Shown: positions 13,366-27,422 of the stretch, one piece after another
Layout of the letters: the number at the start of each line of letters is the position of its first letter
How positions within the stretch are numbered: position 1 is the first letter of the stretch
Source of the DNA: Octopus vulgaris
Taxonomy: Eukaryota
Direction: 5' to 3'
Assembly (NCBI GenBank): GCA_951406725.2
Contig: OX597838.1
Location: 35,650,001-35,714,000, forward strand
DNA: 64,000 nucleotides
Translations under genes and position numbers: made by a program
The notes under the pieces: generated by a model
Databases searched by the model: none
Seen by the model: the letters and a program-made list of their open reading frames with translations, nothing else
What the model was told of the DNA's origin: nothing

Positions 13366-13776
13366 GGCGCAGGAATGGCTGTGTGGTAAGTAGCTTGCTT
13401 ACCAACCACATGGTTCCGGGTTTAGTCCCACTGCATGGCATCTTGGGCAAGCGTCTTCTACTATAGCCTCGGGCCGACCAAAGCCTCGTGAGTGAATTTG
13501 GTAGATGGAAACTGAAAGAAGCCTGTCGCATGTATGTATATATATATATGTATGTGTGTGTGTATTTGTGTGTCTGTGTTTGTCTCCCTAGCATTGCTTG
13601 ACAACCGATGCTGGTGTGTTTACGTTGCCGTCGCTTAGCGGTTCGGCAAAAGAGACGGATAGAATAAGTACTGGGCTTACAAAAGAATAAGTGCCGGGGT
13701 CGAATTTCTCGACTAAAGGCGGTGCTCCAGCATGGCCGCAGTCAAATGACTGAAACAAGTAAAAGAGTAAAGAGTA
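13366..13776 (+). mobile_element. SINE-A full-length
   Basis: Consensus match. Confidence 0.92.
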
Positions 13777-14102
13777 AGCACAGCAAGATCTTTTTGTCCT
13801 ACACTGTAACAACACAAATATATACGCATGTTGTTGTGTGTTCATGCATGTATGTGTGAATGTGTGCGTTTGTGTGTGTGTATAATGAATATAGAAATGT
13901 TTATGGCTGGAACTCAGTCACCTTGTTCCCCTGCAAACACACACACACACACACACATGCATGCGTACATGCACATGTGCACATACTCTTATGCGTGTGC
14001 ACGTATGTGTGTGTGTGTGTGTGTTTGTGTGTGTGAGTGTAATAAATACAAGAATGTTTATGGCTGGAATCCAGTCAACCTTGTTCCTCCCTCCAAACAT
14101 CA

Positions 14103-14141
<39 letters not shown>

Positions 14142-14489
14142 CATACTCATGCATATACGCATGCACTTAGCTTCCAGGACATATAAGCTGATGAATATAA
14201 TCAGGTGTCAATCTGATTGTTTCAATCCATTAACAATCAGTAGAAAATTGCATTAGTGTACACAGATACCTATCTGTCGTTAATTCTCGATATTGTGGGC
14301 TTCGGTGTTAATGCCCTTCAGTTTGGTTATGCTAGCTTAATGCGATTCTACAATTGACGAGTGCATCATCTGTAATTATTGATTCCCAGGCATTGTCAGA
14401 GTACATGGTTCATTGTGCAATGATGCAATGGACTTTCTCTCTCTTCAAGAGTAGTCTTGGTTGATAGAATATTCAGATGTTTGGTAAAG

Positions 14490-14972
14490 GTGGTCGATGC
14501 CAGCGCCGCCTTGACTGGCTTCTGTGCCGGTGGCATGTAAAAAGCACCATCCGAACGGGGCCGATGCCAGTGCCGCCTTGTCTGGTTTCTGTGCCGGGGG
14601 CACGTAAAAAGCACCATCCAAACGTGGCCGATGCCAGCGCTGCCTTGTCCGGCTTCTGTGCCTGTAGCACGTAAAAAGCACCATCCGAATGTGGCCGATG
14701 CCAGCGCCGCCTTGTCTGGCTTCCGTGCCGGTGGCACATTAAAAGCACTAACCGATTGTGGCCACTGCCAGACTCCCCTGGCACCTGTGCCGGTGGCACG
14801 TAAAAAGCACCCACTACACTCACGGAGTGGTTGGCGTTAGGAAGGGCATCCAGCTGTAGAAACACTGCCAGATCAGACTGGAGCCTGGTGCAGCCCCCTG
14901 GCTTCCCAGAGCCAGGTTGAACCGCCCAACCCGTGCTAGCGCGGAAAGCGGACGTTAAACGATGATGATGAT
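14490..14972 (+). mobile_element. Family E variant with ~67-bp internal units
   Basis: Units ...CATCCGAACGTGGCCGATGCCAGCGCCGCCTTGTCTGGCTTCTGTGCC; same tail GGACGTTAAACGATGATGATGA. Confidence 0.78.
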
Positions 14973-15395
14973 ATATTGATGGTTCATGTCACGCCCATGG
15001 CAGTGTTCTACATGTGTGTATGTGTGTGTGGTGGGGTTTTTTTTTTTTGTCACTTGTTGGGTCTGAAGTTCAAGGGGCAATGCCTATAGTTTGTGCAAGC
15101 CCTCTGAGACAGGTGATAATGAGGCTGTTAGTTTTCCTCTCTTGAGCCATTCATTGTAAATCAACACTTGTGGGGAAAGGCATGATCAAAGAAGGAATTC
15201 CAAAGAGCCAACATTCCAAGAAAAAAAGGACTACACATAATGGTTAGTTTGATATGTGGTTTCAGTGGTTTGGATCCAGCATGGGTAATGAGAGGGATGT
15301 CATTTAATTGTGGACCAACTCTGGAGTAGAACTCTGACCAAATCCATTTCAGCTTTAGCCACTATTATCCTTTTAAGTAGTGTATACACTTTTTT

Positions 15396-15789
15396 TCTCT
15401 CTTTTACTTGTTTCAGTCATTTGACTGTGGCCATGCTGGAGCACCACCTTTAGTCGAGCAAATCGACCCCAGGACTTATTCTTTGTAAGCCCAATACTTA
15501 TTCTATCGGTCGCTTTTGCCAAACCAGCTAAGTTACAGGGATGTAAACACACAAGCGATGGTATGGGGGACAAACACAGACACACAACCATATACACACA
15601 CATGCATATATATATATACATATATACGACGGGTTTCTTTCAGTTTCCACCTACCAAATCCACTCATTAGGCTTTGGTTGGCTCGAGGCTATAGTAGAAG
15701 ACACTTGCCCAAGGTGCCACGCAGTGGAACTGAACCCGAAACCATGTGGTTGGTAAGCAAGCTACTTACCACACAGCCACTCCTACGCC
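15396..15789 (-). mobile_element. SINE-A full-length (more diverged)
   Basis: Reverse complement consensus match. Confidence 0.9.
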
Positions 15790-15966
15790 TATGTATCTAG
15801 AACTGCATCACCAAATGTGTCCATCTTTTTTAAAGATGAGAATGTCGATAAAATGTTTGCGCTGTGTCAGTACTGAGTGTATGTTATTTCCTATCATGTC
15901 ATCATTGTTCAATCATGCCTACAATGAAAGAGATACCATCTGTGATGATCCTCTCTTCTTCTTTTG

Positions 15967-16196
15967 ACACTCATCTCAATCGAAGGAGAGGGGCGTTCTC
16001 CGTCCGGGTTGCGGATCCATGGAATAAGCTGCTGGACGAGATAGTGAAGATGCTGACGACCGCTCGGTTCAAAGTCTCCCTTGACCACAAGTGGCCTGAA
16101 CTCTTTACATGAACACCACCCTGTACATAACTCCATGTCCCCCTACATGGCCTTGCTTTTTGCTTTTTGAGCCAAAAAATTAACTAACTAACTAAC
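15967..16196 (+). mobile_element. CR1-type LINE 3' end (ORF2 C-terminus, 3' UTR, (TAAC)n tail)
   Basis: Translates HLNRRRGAFSVRVADPWNKLLDEIVKMLTTARFKVSLDHKWPELFT*, matching the FSxRV..WNxLP....FK..LD motif of CR1/L2-group ORF2 ends; tandem tail TAACTAACTAAC. Confidence 0.8.
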
Positions 16197-16705
16197 ATAT
16201 TACATTCACTAGTGTGTCCTTTTCAAAATGATTGGGTGTTGCTATAGGCACCCTTTTAGCATTGAGAGATAGATAAATAGATAGGCAGAGAGAGAGAGAG
16301 AAAGAGAGTTCATTTAGGCAGGTTTAATGTTACTTTGGTGTTTCCAGGGCATGAAACTATTTCTCCACACAAGTCAAATGGAATGAAGACACATGATTTC
16401 TCACTCTGATGACAGAAGTAGAGAGAAAAATAAACAAGGCACATGTGAACTGCCGATAAAACATTCATTATTAGCTTGGATTACAATATGGTGTCTGGGC
16501 AGTATCACTTGAATGAAGAGTTGTAGCTCTCTGCCCAGTTTGACTTATCTGAAGAAAGAGATGCTTGTTGTAAAAAGCAGAAAGTCCAGAATTAGGGATA
16601 CTGAAGTAAATAAACCTCTACAATTACTGTTCATGTTGAGTACTTATTCCAACTGTTACTTATCAACTGTTATATATAAGTATATAGGCACATAAACCTA
16701 TGATA

Positions 16706-16738
<33 letters not shown>

Positions 16739-16741
16739 AAA

Positions 16742-16939
16742 TGTGACTGAGTGTGTACCGTTCGCGATTTTTTTATCTTCCTTCTTCCCTTCTCTGGATC
16801 TTTCCTTTTCCTATGTTTCTGACGAAGAGCTCCGCTCGAAACATAAAACCCTCCTTCTTCCTGAGCGTCCAATAATACTATATTTATTCCACGTCCTCAC
16901 ATTGTTGTGTTTTCTCTTTGTGTTTTCTTCTTTGGATTA

Positions 16940-16945
<6 letters not shown>
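16742..16945 (+). mobile_element. Family G repeat with minimal hammerhead motif at 16815-16849
   Basis: GTTT-CTGACGA-A-GAG-ctccg-CTC-GAAAC-ATA-AAAC; flanked by (TA)n. Confidence 0.75.
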
Positions 16946-17033
<88 letters not shown>

Positions 17034-17522
17034 AATATATATTACATACTAAAAATGATAAATTCTCTTGTGTGTATATGTATATATGTATCTTCATGCA
17101 TGTACATATGTGGAAATGTATACATCAAATAGACATGGTTGTTTTTACATCTGGGATAAAGGAAACAACTTCAGCTGAAACCTGACAGGTTAAGGAAGTA
17201 TCCATTTTCAATTAACTCTTTAATTCATTGTCATAATCTGAGATACAAACAAGGACACCAGTACAAATAGGACAATCCCTAGCCATTACAACTGCTCACC
17301 AGATTCTGAGATTTCGTTTCTTTTTTCGTTTTTTCTTTTTTTTTCTTCTTTTTTTCCACTTTGCAAATGGAGTTAATAATAATGTTTGATGTACGTTATT
17401 CTCTTCAGAGTTTGTTTAGCCTTTCATCCAGAGTTGTCATTTCGCAGGTCGCACCCTTGAGGGCTAGTTTTTAATTACAAGCTAGATTAAACATATACTT
17501 GTTTGTTTGTGTGTACGTATAA

Positions 17523-17556
<34 letters not shown>

Positions 17557-18203
17557 ATGTACCATTTCCACTGGTTCTGTCATGAATATTGAAGGCTTAG
17601 CATAGGCTTGTTGATTATTGAAGCTGCAATTGCATAATCAATCATTTAATGAAACTAAAATAAAAATAAGTACACCTGCCTTGAAGATTCATGGCATTCT
17701 TCCTTCAGTTCTTCTAACTTTCTCCCCCCCCCCACCGTACTTATTCTTATTATTCAATTTCTTCTTTTCCTCTTCCTCCTTCCCATCTTTCTTTCATTAG
17801 TGTGTTCGTTCATTTATTCATTCATTCCTTCCTTCCTTCCTTCCTTTCTCCAACCATCAAACCAATCAACAAACACAAGCAGTGTCTATGTCATTCAAAT
17901 AGACACTGTCAGAAAGCGAGAGAGAGAGAGAGAGAGAGAGAAAGTGAGAGCTGGATGGAGGGTATGATTATATATGCAAGAAACAGAAGATGGACAGCGA
18001 GAGAGATAGAGAGAGGTGGGGGAGAGTGACAGACAGAGACAGAGAGAAAGAATGTGTGATGATATATATATATATACACATATATATATATATACATATA
18101 TATATACATATATATATATACATATATATATATACATATATATATATACGCACACATATATATATATACATACATATACCTACATACATATATATATACA
18201 CAT

Positions 18204-18242
<39 letters not shown>

Positions 18243-18351
18243 TACACATATATATATATATACACGTACACATATAGATATATACATATACATACATATA
18301 CCTACATACATATATATATATATATACACATATACATATACATATACATAC

Positions 18352-18480
<129 letters not shown>

Positions 18481-19214
18481 GAGAGAGAGTGAGAGAGTTA
18501 ATCTTGGTGAATCAGAATGAAGAATTTGCAAGCAATGATATCCAAGTAAATAGAATCCTTGATAAGTATTAATGTAAATCAAATCACAAAGGTGCCGACG
18601 AAAAGGAAAAAGAGAGAGAGAAAAAAAAAAGAAGAAGAAGAAGAAAGAAAGGAAGGAAACGAGGCGATGGTGGTGGTGGCAGCGAGGCGGAGGAGAGGAA
18701 AATAAATAAATAAATAAATAAATAAATGGATGAATAAATGATAAAAGAATCGAGAAGAAAGAAGAGGGGAAAAAAAAAAAATAAATAAAAAGAAAGAAGT
18801 CGGGATAGTGACACAATATATAGCAATTTATAGTGATGAAATAAATGAGTCTGCACAGTGATACTAATGCTATAAAAGAACACACTTATATATACAGTGT
18901 ATGGACATGTGTATGCATTACGGACACACTGACACATTTATGTGAACGTCTATGCGCTTATACGAGTGGTTGCATACGTATGCCTATGTCTGTGCCTGTA
19001 TGCATATATACACATATATGTATATGTGTGTGTATGTGTGTGTGTGTGTGTGTGGGTATATATACCTCTGTGTGTATGTACATACTCTGCCAAAGATTAA
19101 CAGTGAGAAACTCAGAGTAACAATCTGCGAGGTGAAGTTCCATTTCCCAATGATTTATGTCAATCTACATTCGGTATAACAGAACTGAGTTTCTCTTTTC
19201 TCTGGTTCACACCA

Positions 19215-19262
<48 letters not shown>

Positions 19263-19324
19263 TACATACATAGTTACATGTGTGTTTGTATATGTATATT
19301 TGTCTGTATATACACACATATGCA

Positions 19325-19379
<55 letters not shown>

Positions 19380-19470
19380 GTGTTTGTATATATTTCATGT
19401 ATATACAATGTGCATATGTGTATATATATCTGTATATATAGATATATATTTATATTTGTTTATGTATGTA

Positions 19471-19523
<53 letters not shown>

Positions 19524-19600
19524 GTGTTTGTATATATTTTATGTATATACAATGTGCGTATGTATATATATATAAATATATATTTATATTTGTTTATGTA

Positions 19601-19645
<45 letters not shown>

Positions 19646-20762
19646 GTATATGCATATTTCTATGTGTGTGGTGTGTGTCTGTGTGTGTGTGTGAGAGAGA
19701 GAGATGTGTATATTTCTTTGTCTGCTTATGAAGAATCTGTAGTTCCTTCTTCCGACTTTTCCGACTTGCTCAGTGAACCTAGCATGTATACTTTACAATA
19801 TCTTCTAGTAACAGACCCAATCACACACACACACACAGCAAGTCGATGAATGCCATCACACACACACACACACACATTTTTTTTTTTTTCCTAGTTTCAG
19901 CTCAGCGCTGCGGCCATGCCGATGCACCGCCATATACATTCATTATACACACACACACACATGCAAAACCCATATGGATAAAAGTACATACGTACATGAC
20001 TACACAATTACACATTCACTCACTCACACACACACACACAGACTTATATTCTGGTTCAGTAAACGATGTCACACCCAACTGGCTCCGTGTCTGCTCATGT
20101 ATAAGTCACATATTAGTTTTTATGTTGATGAAGTTTAAAGCTTTTCTCGTTTTCTTGCTCCGGCAACATAAAAGCGAGTCGCGGCTGATTGTGGCTTGGA
20201 AGATTTTCTAATTACGCTAAATAAATACATTGACAAATATGAAGACTGGGAGGTGGGCTAGTGAGGTAACAACAATAATAATAATAATAATAATGATGAT
20301 GATGATGATAATAATAACAACAACAATAATAATAATTATAAAGATTATAAAGATAACAATAAATATCAAAACTCAAAAAGCAAGAAAAGCATCAACAAAA
20401 ACATATTTATATAGTGTGTATGTATGTATGTATGTATGTATGTATGTATATATTAATACATGCACACACAAATATACATGTTTGTTTTTGTGTTTGTTAA
20501 TTCTGCTTTTACTGGATTTGGAGATGGGGCGGGGTGGGTGGGGAAGTGGTTGCATTCTTCCAGGCATGGCTTAGCTTCACTGTTTATAACAACAACAACA
20601 ACAACAACAACAATAATAATAATTATAAAATAATAATAATAAAGATAACCATGACAATAATATCCTTAGATTCCCATTGGTAGCACAAGTTGAGTTTCTT
20701 TGCAATGATAGTGTATTGAAAATAGCATACTGTTCCAAACATGTAGATATATATATACATAC

Positions 20763-20819
<57 letters not shown>

Positions 20820-20896
20820 CACACACACATATATATATATATATACACACACACATATATATATATATACACACACACATATATACATATATATAT

Positions 20897-20929
<33 letters not shown>

Positions 20930-20962
20930 CACACACACATATATACATATATATATACACAC

Positions 20963-20995
<33 letters not shown>

Positions 20996-20996
20996 C

Positions 20997-21031
<35 letters not shown>

Positions 21032-21516
21032 TAAATGTGTAATATATATATATGTGAATGTGTGTATATATTTATATGTTTGAATGAGTGTCGATGTATT
21101 TGTGCAACCATTCATTACTTTTACATGTTCCTGCCTCTTTCTTCCACCTTCTTTACCATTTGTAACATCTTCGTGGTTTATGGCGAATGTACCTTTATTC
21201 GTATTACCTATTCAGACCTACTCACACACACCTAGGTGCGTGGTATATACACATGCTTTACCATGCACACATGCTTTATAATACCCGGCTTAAATGTATA
21301 TTAATCTGTATCAGTAACATGCTGAAGTTTATTGTTCACTCAGTCTTATCTGTACAGGTATCTCGTTATATGTATGTGTACATCTCTCTCTCTGTCTCTC
21401 TTTCAATATATATATATATATAAAATATGTATATATATATGTATATATAAATTATGTATATATATGTCTATATAAATATGTGTATATATATATGTGTGTA
21501 TATATATATATGCATG

Positions 21517-21551
<35 letters not shown>

Positions 21552-22546
21552 GCGTATATATATATGTGTATATATATATATGTGTATATATATATGTGTA
21601 TATATGTGTATATATGTATATATATATGTGTGTGTGTGTGTGTAAATATATATATATATATACATATGTGTATATATATATGTGTATATATGTATATATA
21701 TATATGTGTGTGTGTGTGTGTAAATATATATATATATATATACATACATATATATATATATATGTGGATACACCTATGTATAGAACACATACACACACCA
21801 CATGCACACTTGTACGCACACATAAATGTGTATGCACATGTGTTCTGTACATAGGTGTTACCATGTAAGGGTGTATATATTTGTGTGTTGTACATATGTA
21901 GATCCTGCAGGTGTGTATATGTGCACATAATACATGTATATCTGAGTGCGTGTGTGTGTGCATATATAATATGTTACAGTATGTTTGTTTGCATAGTATG
22001 TATACTGTTATTTTGTTATTTCAGTACACTCACACACGCGTGTGTGTATGTGTGTGTGTGTGTGTGTGTGTACAAGAAGATCTCTAATTAGCTAAATTCT
22101 CCCATTGTGAATTTTTTTTTTTTTTCATTGTTCTCCTAATTCTCTTCTCTTTCATTGTAATTTATGTATTGTAGTAAAAACGCCTCTGTGTATATATTCA
22201 TATATATATATCTTCGAATCTTTTACGTCTTCTCGTTACCTAAACAGCCATGTCAATACAGACCCATACACTTCCGTATCTACCTTTCAGTAATTTGTGT
22301 TCCTGTTGCTTTCTCTTTATCTTCTCAGGAATTTTGAAGAATTTCACCATCGACTTCTTCAGGTTTACACTAAAGTACATGTATGTATAAATGTATGAGC
22401 TAATTTGGTGATTGTTCCATCTTCACAGATGATTGCTGGCTCTTTGTGCTTTCTTATCAGAGGTTCTTATGTCTTTTCTGTCCATGACCACTCAGATGAC
22501 TATCCAGTCCAGTTGCTGATCTTACATGGCTTCCAACAAGTTGGAA

Positions 22547-23148
22547 GGAACAGGGTTTCATACTGGAGGAACAGGGTTTCATACTGGAGGAACAGGATTT
22601 CATACTGGAGGAACAGAGTTTCATACTGGAGGAACAGGGTTTCATACTGAAGGAACAGGGTTTCATACTGGAGGAACAGCGTTTCATACTGGAGGAACAG
22701 GGTTTCATACTGGAAGAACAGGGTTTCATACTAGAGGAACAGGGTTTCATACTGGAGGAACAGGGTTTCATACTGGAAGAACAGGGTTTCATACTGGAAG
22801 AACAGGGTTTCATACTAGAGGAACAGGGTTTCATACTGGAGGAACAGGGTTTCATACTGGAGGAACAGGGTTTCATACTGGAGGAACAGGGTTTCATACT
22901 AGAGGAATAGGGTTTCATACTGGAGGAACAGGGTTTCATACTGGAGGAACAGGGTTTCATACTGGAGGAATAGGGTTTCATACTGGAGGAACAGGGTTTC
23001 ATACTGGAGGAACAGGGTTTCATACTAAAGGAACAGGGTTTCATACTGGAGGAACAGGGTTTCATACTAAAGGAACAGGGTTTCATACTGGAGGAACAGG
23101 GTTTCATACTGGAGGAACAGGGTTTCATACTAAAGGAACAGGGTTTCA
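22547..23148. repeat. 21-bp minisatellite GGAACAGGGTTTCATACTGGA, ~29 copies
   Basis: Directly visible head-to-tail array with rare point variants. Confidence 0.97.
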
Positions 23149-23195
23149 GCACTGATGGGCTTAAATGCACACTTTTATTCCTGCTCCTTCTAATG

Positions 23196-23800
23196 AACTG
23201 ATAGAATCATTAGCATGCAGAACTAAATGATTAGCGGCATTTAGGTGCAGGAGTGGCTGTGTGGTAAGTAGCTTGCTAACCAACCACATGGTTCCGGGTT
23301 CAGTCCCACTGTGTGGCATCTTGGGCAAGTGTCTTCTGCTATAGCCCCGGGCCGACCAAAGCCTTGTGAGTGGATTTGGTAGATGGAAACTGAAAGAAGC
23401 CTGTCGTATATATGTATATATATGTGTGTGTCTGTGTTTGTTCCCCTAGCATTGCTTGACAACCGATGCTGGTGTGTTTACGTCCCCGTCACTTAGCGGT
23501 TCGGCAAAAGAGACTGATAGAATAAGTACTAGGCTTACAAAAAAATAAGTTCCGGGGTCGATTTGCTTGACTAAAGGTGGTGCTCCAGCATGGCCGCAGT
23601 CAAATGACTGAACCAAGTAAAAGAGAGAGAAAGAGATTTCTTCTGGTTTTACATTCTGAGTTCAAATTCCTCTAAGGTGGACTTCACCTTTCATCCTCCC
23701 AGGGTTGATAAAATAAGCACCTAGTGAGTGATGGGATTGATGTAATCAACTAGCTACGTCCCCCCAAATTTCCAGCCTTCTGGGCTATAATAGAAAGAAT
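23196..23800 (+). mobile_element. Degenerate SINE-C-type element interrupted by SINE-A
   Basis: Head AACTGATAGAATCATTAGC...TTAGCGGCATTT (23196-23242) resumes at 23637 with ...TTCTGAGTTCAAATTCC...CCTTTCATCCT...GATAAAATAAG. Confidence 0.6.
23244..23636 (+). mobile_element. SINE-A full-length
   Basis: Consensus match. Confidence 0.92.
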
Positions 23801-24416
23801 TCTAGAACAGTGACCCATGCTTTATGCTTCATCATGTCTCCTCTCCCCTTAATTTTCCCTACCAACTCATCCTTAACAGCTCCCCTTTTCGATTTTCTTT
23901 TCTTCTCCCTCTATCACCAGCTTTCTTTCCCCTATTACCTCCATGTCTACGTTACATGTGTTCACCTTGTTTTGTGTTTCCCATCAGTTGCAGTTGATTG
24001 CTCAAATGCGGAGGATTCAAAACACTTCTGTTTTTGCTTTTTCTTCTTCACCTGACATCGTAACCACCTTAAAGCAAGATTCTGTCTGAAGCATTCATAC
24101 TCCTCTCCTCGCTGCAATTTCACATGACTCTTTCTGTCTCTGTTTCCATATAAATACAATTCTTGCCAACGCAAACCATCAGCTGTCTCCTTGGTTTCAG
24201 TTATATATATATATTTATTGTTATACTTATTTATACATACATTTATATTTATATATATATATATAATTATATATTTATTATTTTGTATACATGTTTACAC
24301 ACACACGCATATTTCTATTTAGGTTATACATGTTCATGTTTATATACTAACATATGTGTGTGTGTCTATATCTGCCTATCTATGTATGTATATATTTATA
24401 CATATTTATATTTGAG

Positions 24417-24477
<61 letters not shown>

Positions 24478-24481
24478 GCAA

Positions 24482-24582
<101 letters not shown>

Positions 24583-25772
24583 TGTATATATATATATATA
24601 ATATGACTCTGTGTGTGTACATATATATATATGTGTGCGCACAAATATTTTTATATAACTAACTCTCTGTAAATATATCTATAAATGTATATTTGCATTC
24701 ATATATGTATACACACCTGTATGAATATATATGGTACAGATCAGTTGTGCGCATGCATTCACTTACATTACACATTGTGATGGAAAACATGCTTGAAAAG
24801 ACACCTTTGCATCATTTGTGAAATGAAGTAATCTGCTATTAAATTATAGGCCACTGATTTTTGCCTATATTCATGTCGTTTCACAATCTTTCGTTTCAAG
24901 AAATACATAATTTATTTCTTTAGGTATTTTGTTCATTTATATGTAACTTTTTCTTTTTTCTTTTTTTTTTTGATTTCGCATTCATTTTTGTGTCCGGAAT
25001 TTATTTTTATTTTTTTGCCATTGTTTGGTTGTTGTTTGTGTATATATTTTTCTTTTTTTATTATTTTTTCTGTACAATTTTTTTTTTTTTTTTTCAAAGT
25101 TTGTTTGCATTTATTTAGATAGATGCAAATCCTGCCACCACCTCACAAATTTCCCCCCCTTGCTTACCACCATTCCACCACAACCATTCGTCTTGTTTCA
25201 TTGTTGCTTTTATGATCTTGTGATGATCACATTCATGGTTTCACTTTCATTTTCTCTTTTGTCCCGCTTCTTCTACCTTTCTCTCTTTTTCTTTCCTCTC
25301 TCTGTATATATATATATCTCTATATATAAAATATATATATATATACTCGTCTTTCATCTTTCTATGTTTCTCTCTCGCTCACTCTCACTCTTCCTTTGTT
25401 TTCCTTTGTTTCTCTATTACACTCATTATCCTCTTACGTAGCTTACCATCTTTCTCTCTTTTTCCCTCACTCACTGCTCTCCCTCTCACACTGACCCTTT
25501 CGCCCTCACACTTACCCTCACCCAATCTTGCCCTCCCCCATCCTAACCTCCATCATTTTCAACGTTTGTCTCTCTCTGTCTCTGCTTCTCTCTTCCCCTA
25601 TATATTCCTCTTTCATCTTTCTTTGTCCCTGTCTCTCTTTCTCCACATCTCTCTCTCTCTCTTTCCCCTCCCTCTTTTACTTTCACTTTCATTTTCCTTT
25701 TATTCCCCACCCTTCTCTGTTATTCTCATTCTCTCCCTGCGTAGCTCACTATCTTTCATCCGCTTTCTGTCA

Positions 25773-25873
25773 CTCACCACTCTCCCACTTGCTCACCACT
25801 CTCCCACTTGCTCACCACTCTCCCACTTGCTCACCACTCTCCCACTTGCTCACCACTCTCCCCACTTGCTCAC
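25773..25873. repeat. 19-bp minisatellite CTCACCACTCTCCCACTTG x5
   Basis: Visible tandem copies inside a pyrimidine-rich tract. Confidence 0.9.
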
Positions 25874-26339
25874 ATGCTCATCTTTACCTTTACCTTTACC
25901 CTCACCCTCACCCAATCTCTCTCCGCCAACCTGAGTTCAATCATGTAGCTTATTCCGGTTGACTTCTGTCATTAAACATTCTCTTTTCTCTGCTGTTCTG
26001 TAATCAACGGCTGGTTTTATATACGCTGAGAAATCATAATAACATATGTATATGGATTGCCTGGATTGACTCCAATTGCCTCGCATCGCCTGCTGTTTTT
26101 CCTTTGTTTTCGTCTTTATTGTTTTGTTGTGATTTATTGGTATTCTCATGCCATGTACACACCTCCCCCATCTACCACCTCCCCCCCACCTTCCACATGC
26201 CGCACTTCTCTGTTCTGCTGTTTCTGCCAACATTGCCGCCATCTTTTTGCAAAGAACGGAACCTGTAATCCTCTGTGCATGTAGTCTTATGCACGTTTCT
26301 GTGTGCATATGCTTGTGTGTATACATATAAATATATATG

Positions 26340-26370
<31 letters not shown>

Positions 26371-26497
26371 GTATAAATATATATATGTATATATATATAT
26401 ATGTGTACATATATGTATATATGTATATATGTATATATATATGTATATATGTATATATATATGTATATATATATATGTATATATGTATATATATATG

Positions 26498-26528
<31 letters not shown>

Positions 26529-27024
26529 GTATATATATGTATGTATATATGTATATATGTATATATATATGTATATATATGTATGTATGTATGTATATAT
26601 GTATATATGTATGTATATATATATGTATGTATGTATGTATATATGTATGTATATATGTATATATATGTATGTATGTATATATGTATGTATATATACATGT
26701 ATGTATATATGTATGTATATATGTATATGTGTATATATATATATATATAGGAAGAGAGTGAGATATATAGATGATATGTATGTATGTATGTATGTATATA
26801 TGTATGTATGATATGTATGTATATATGTATGCACACACTCCTACACACATGTATAATCAGCTTTGAAAGACAAACAATGCAAATTAATAAATAAAACATA
26901 GTCTTATTAACTTTTTTTTTCTTTTTTTAAATTTTTCATCTCAAAGCATCTTTCTCAAAAGTGAAGTTAGCAGTGCGACACAAGCAAAGAGATACAAACA
27001 TACAATGAAATGGACACCCTGTCT

Positions 27025-27070
<46 letters not shown>

Positions 27071-27378
27071 TACAGAGATACACATACATACATACATATA
27101 TATATATATATTTATGAATACATATAAGTATATATGTTTACATTATTGTTACATTGGGCCACCTTTCCATTACTTCAAATTTTTCGCCAGGAAGACCATC
27201 ATTACCGTATTAGAAGGTATATCATTATCTCATTGGAAGAAAAGTTTAATATTTAAAAACAGAGTGGCAGAATTAACAATAATATATTTACTTGAGCAGA
27301 CATACAATGTACTCTTTACGTTTTCCACACTACAAATCACAAATAAAATGTGTGTATGTATGTGTGTGTGTGTGTGTA

Positions 27379-27422
<44 letters not shown>

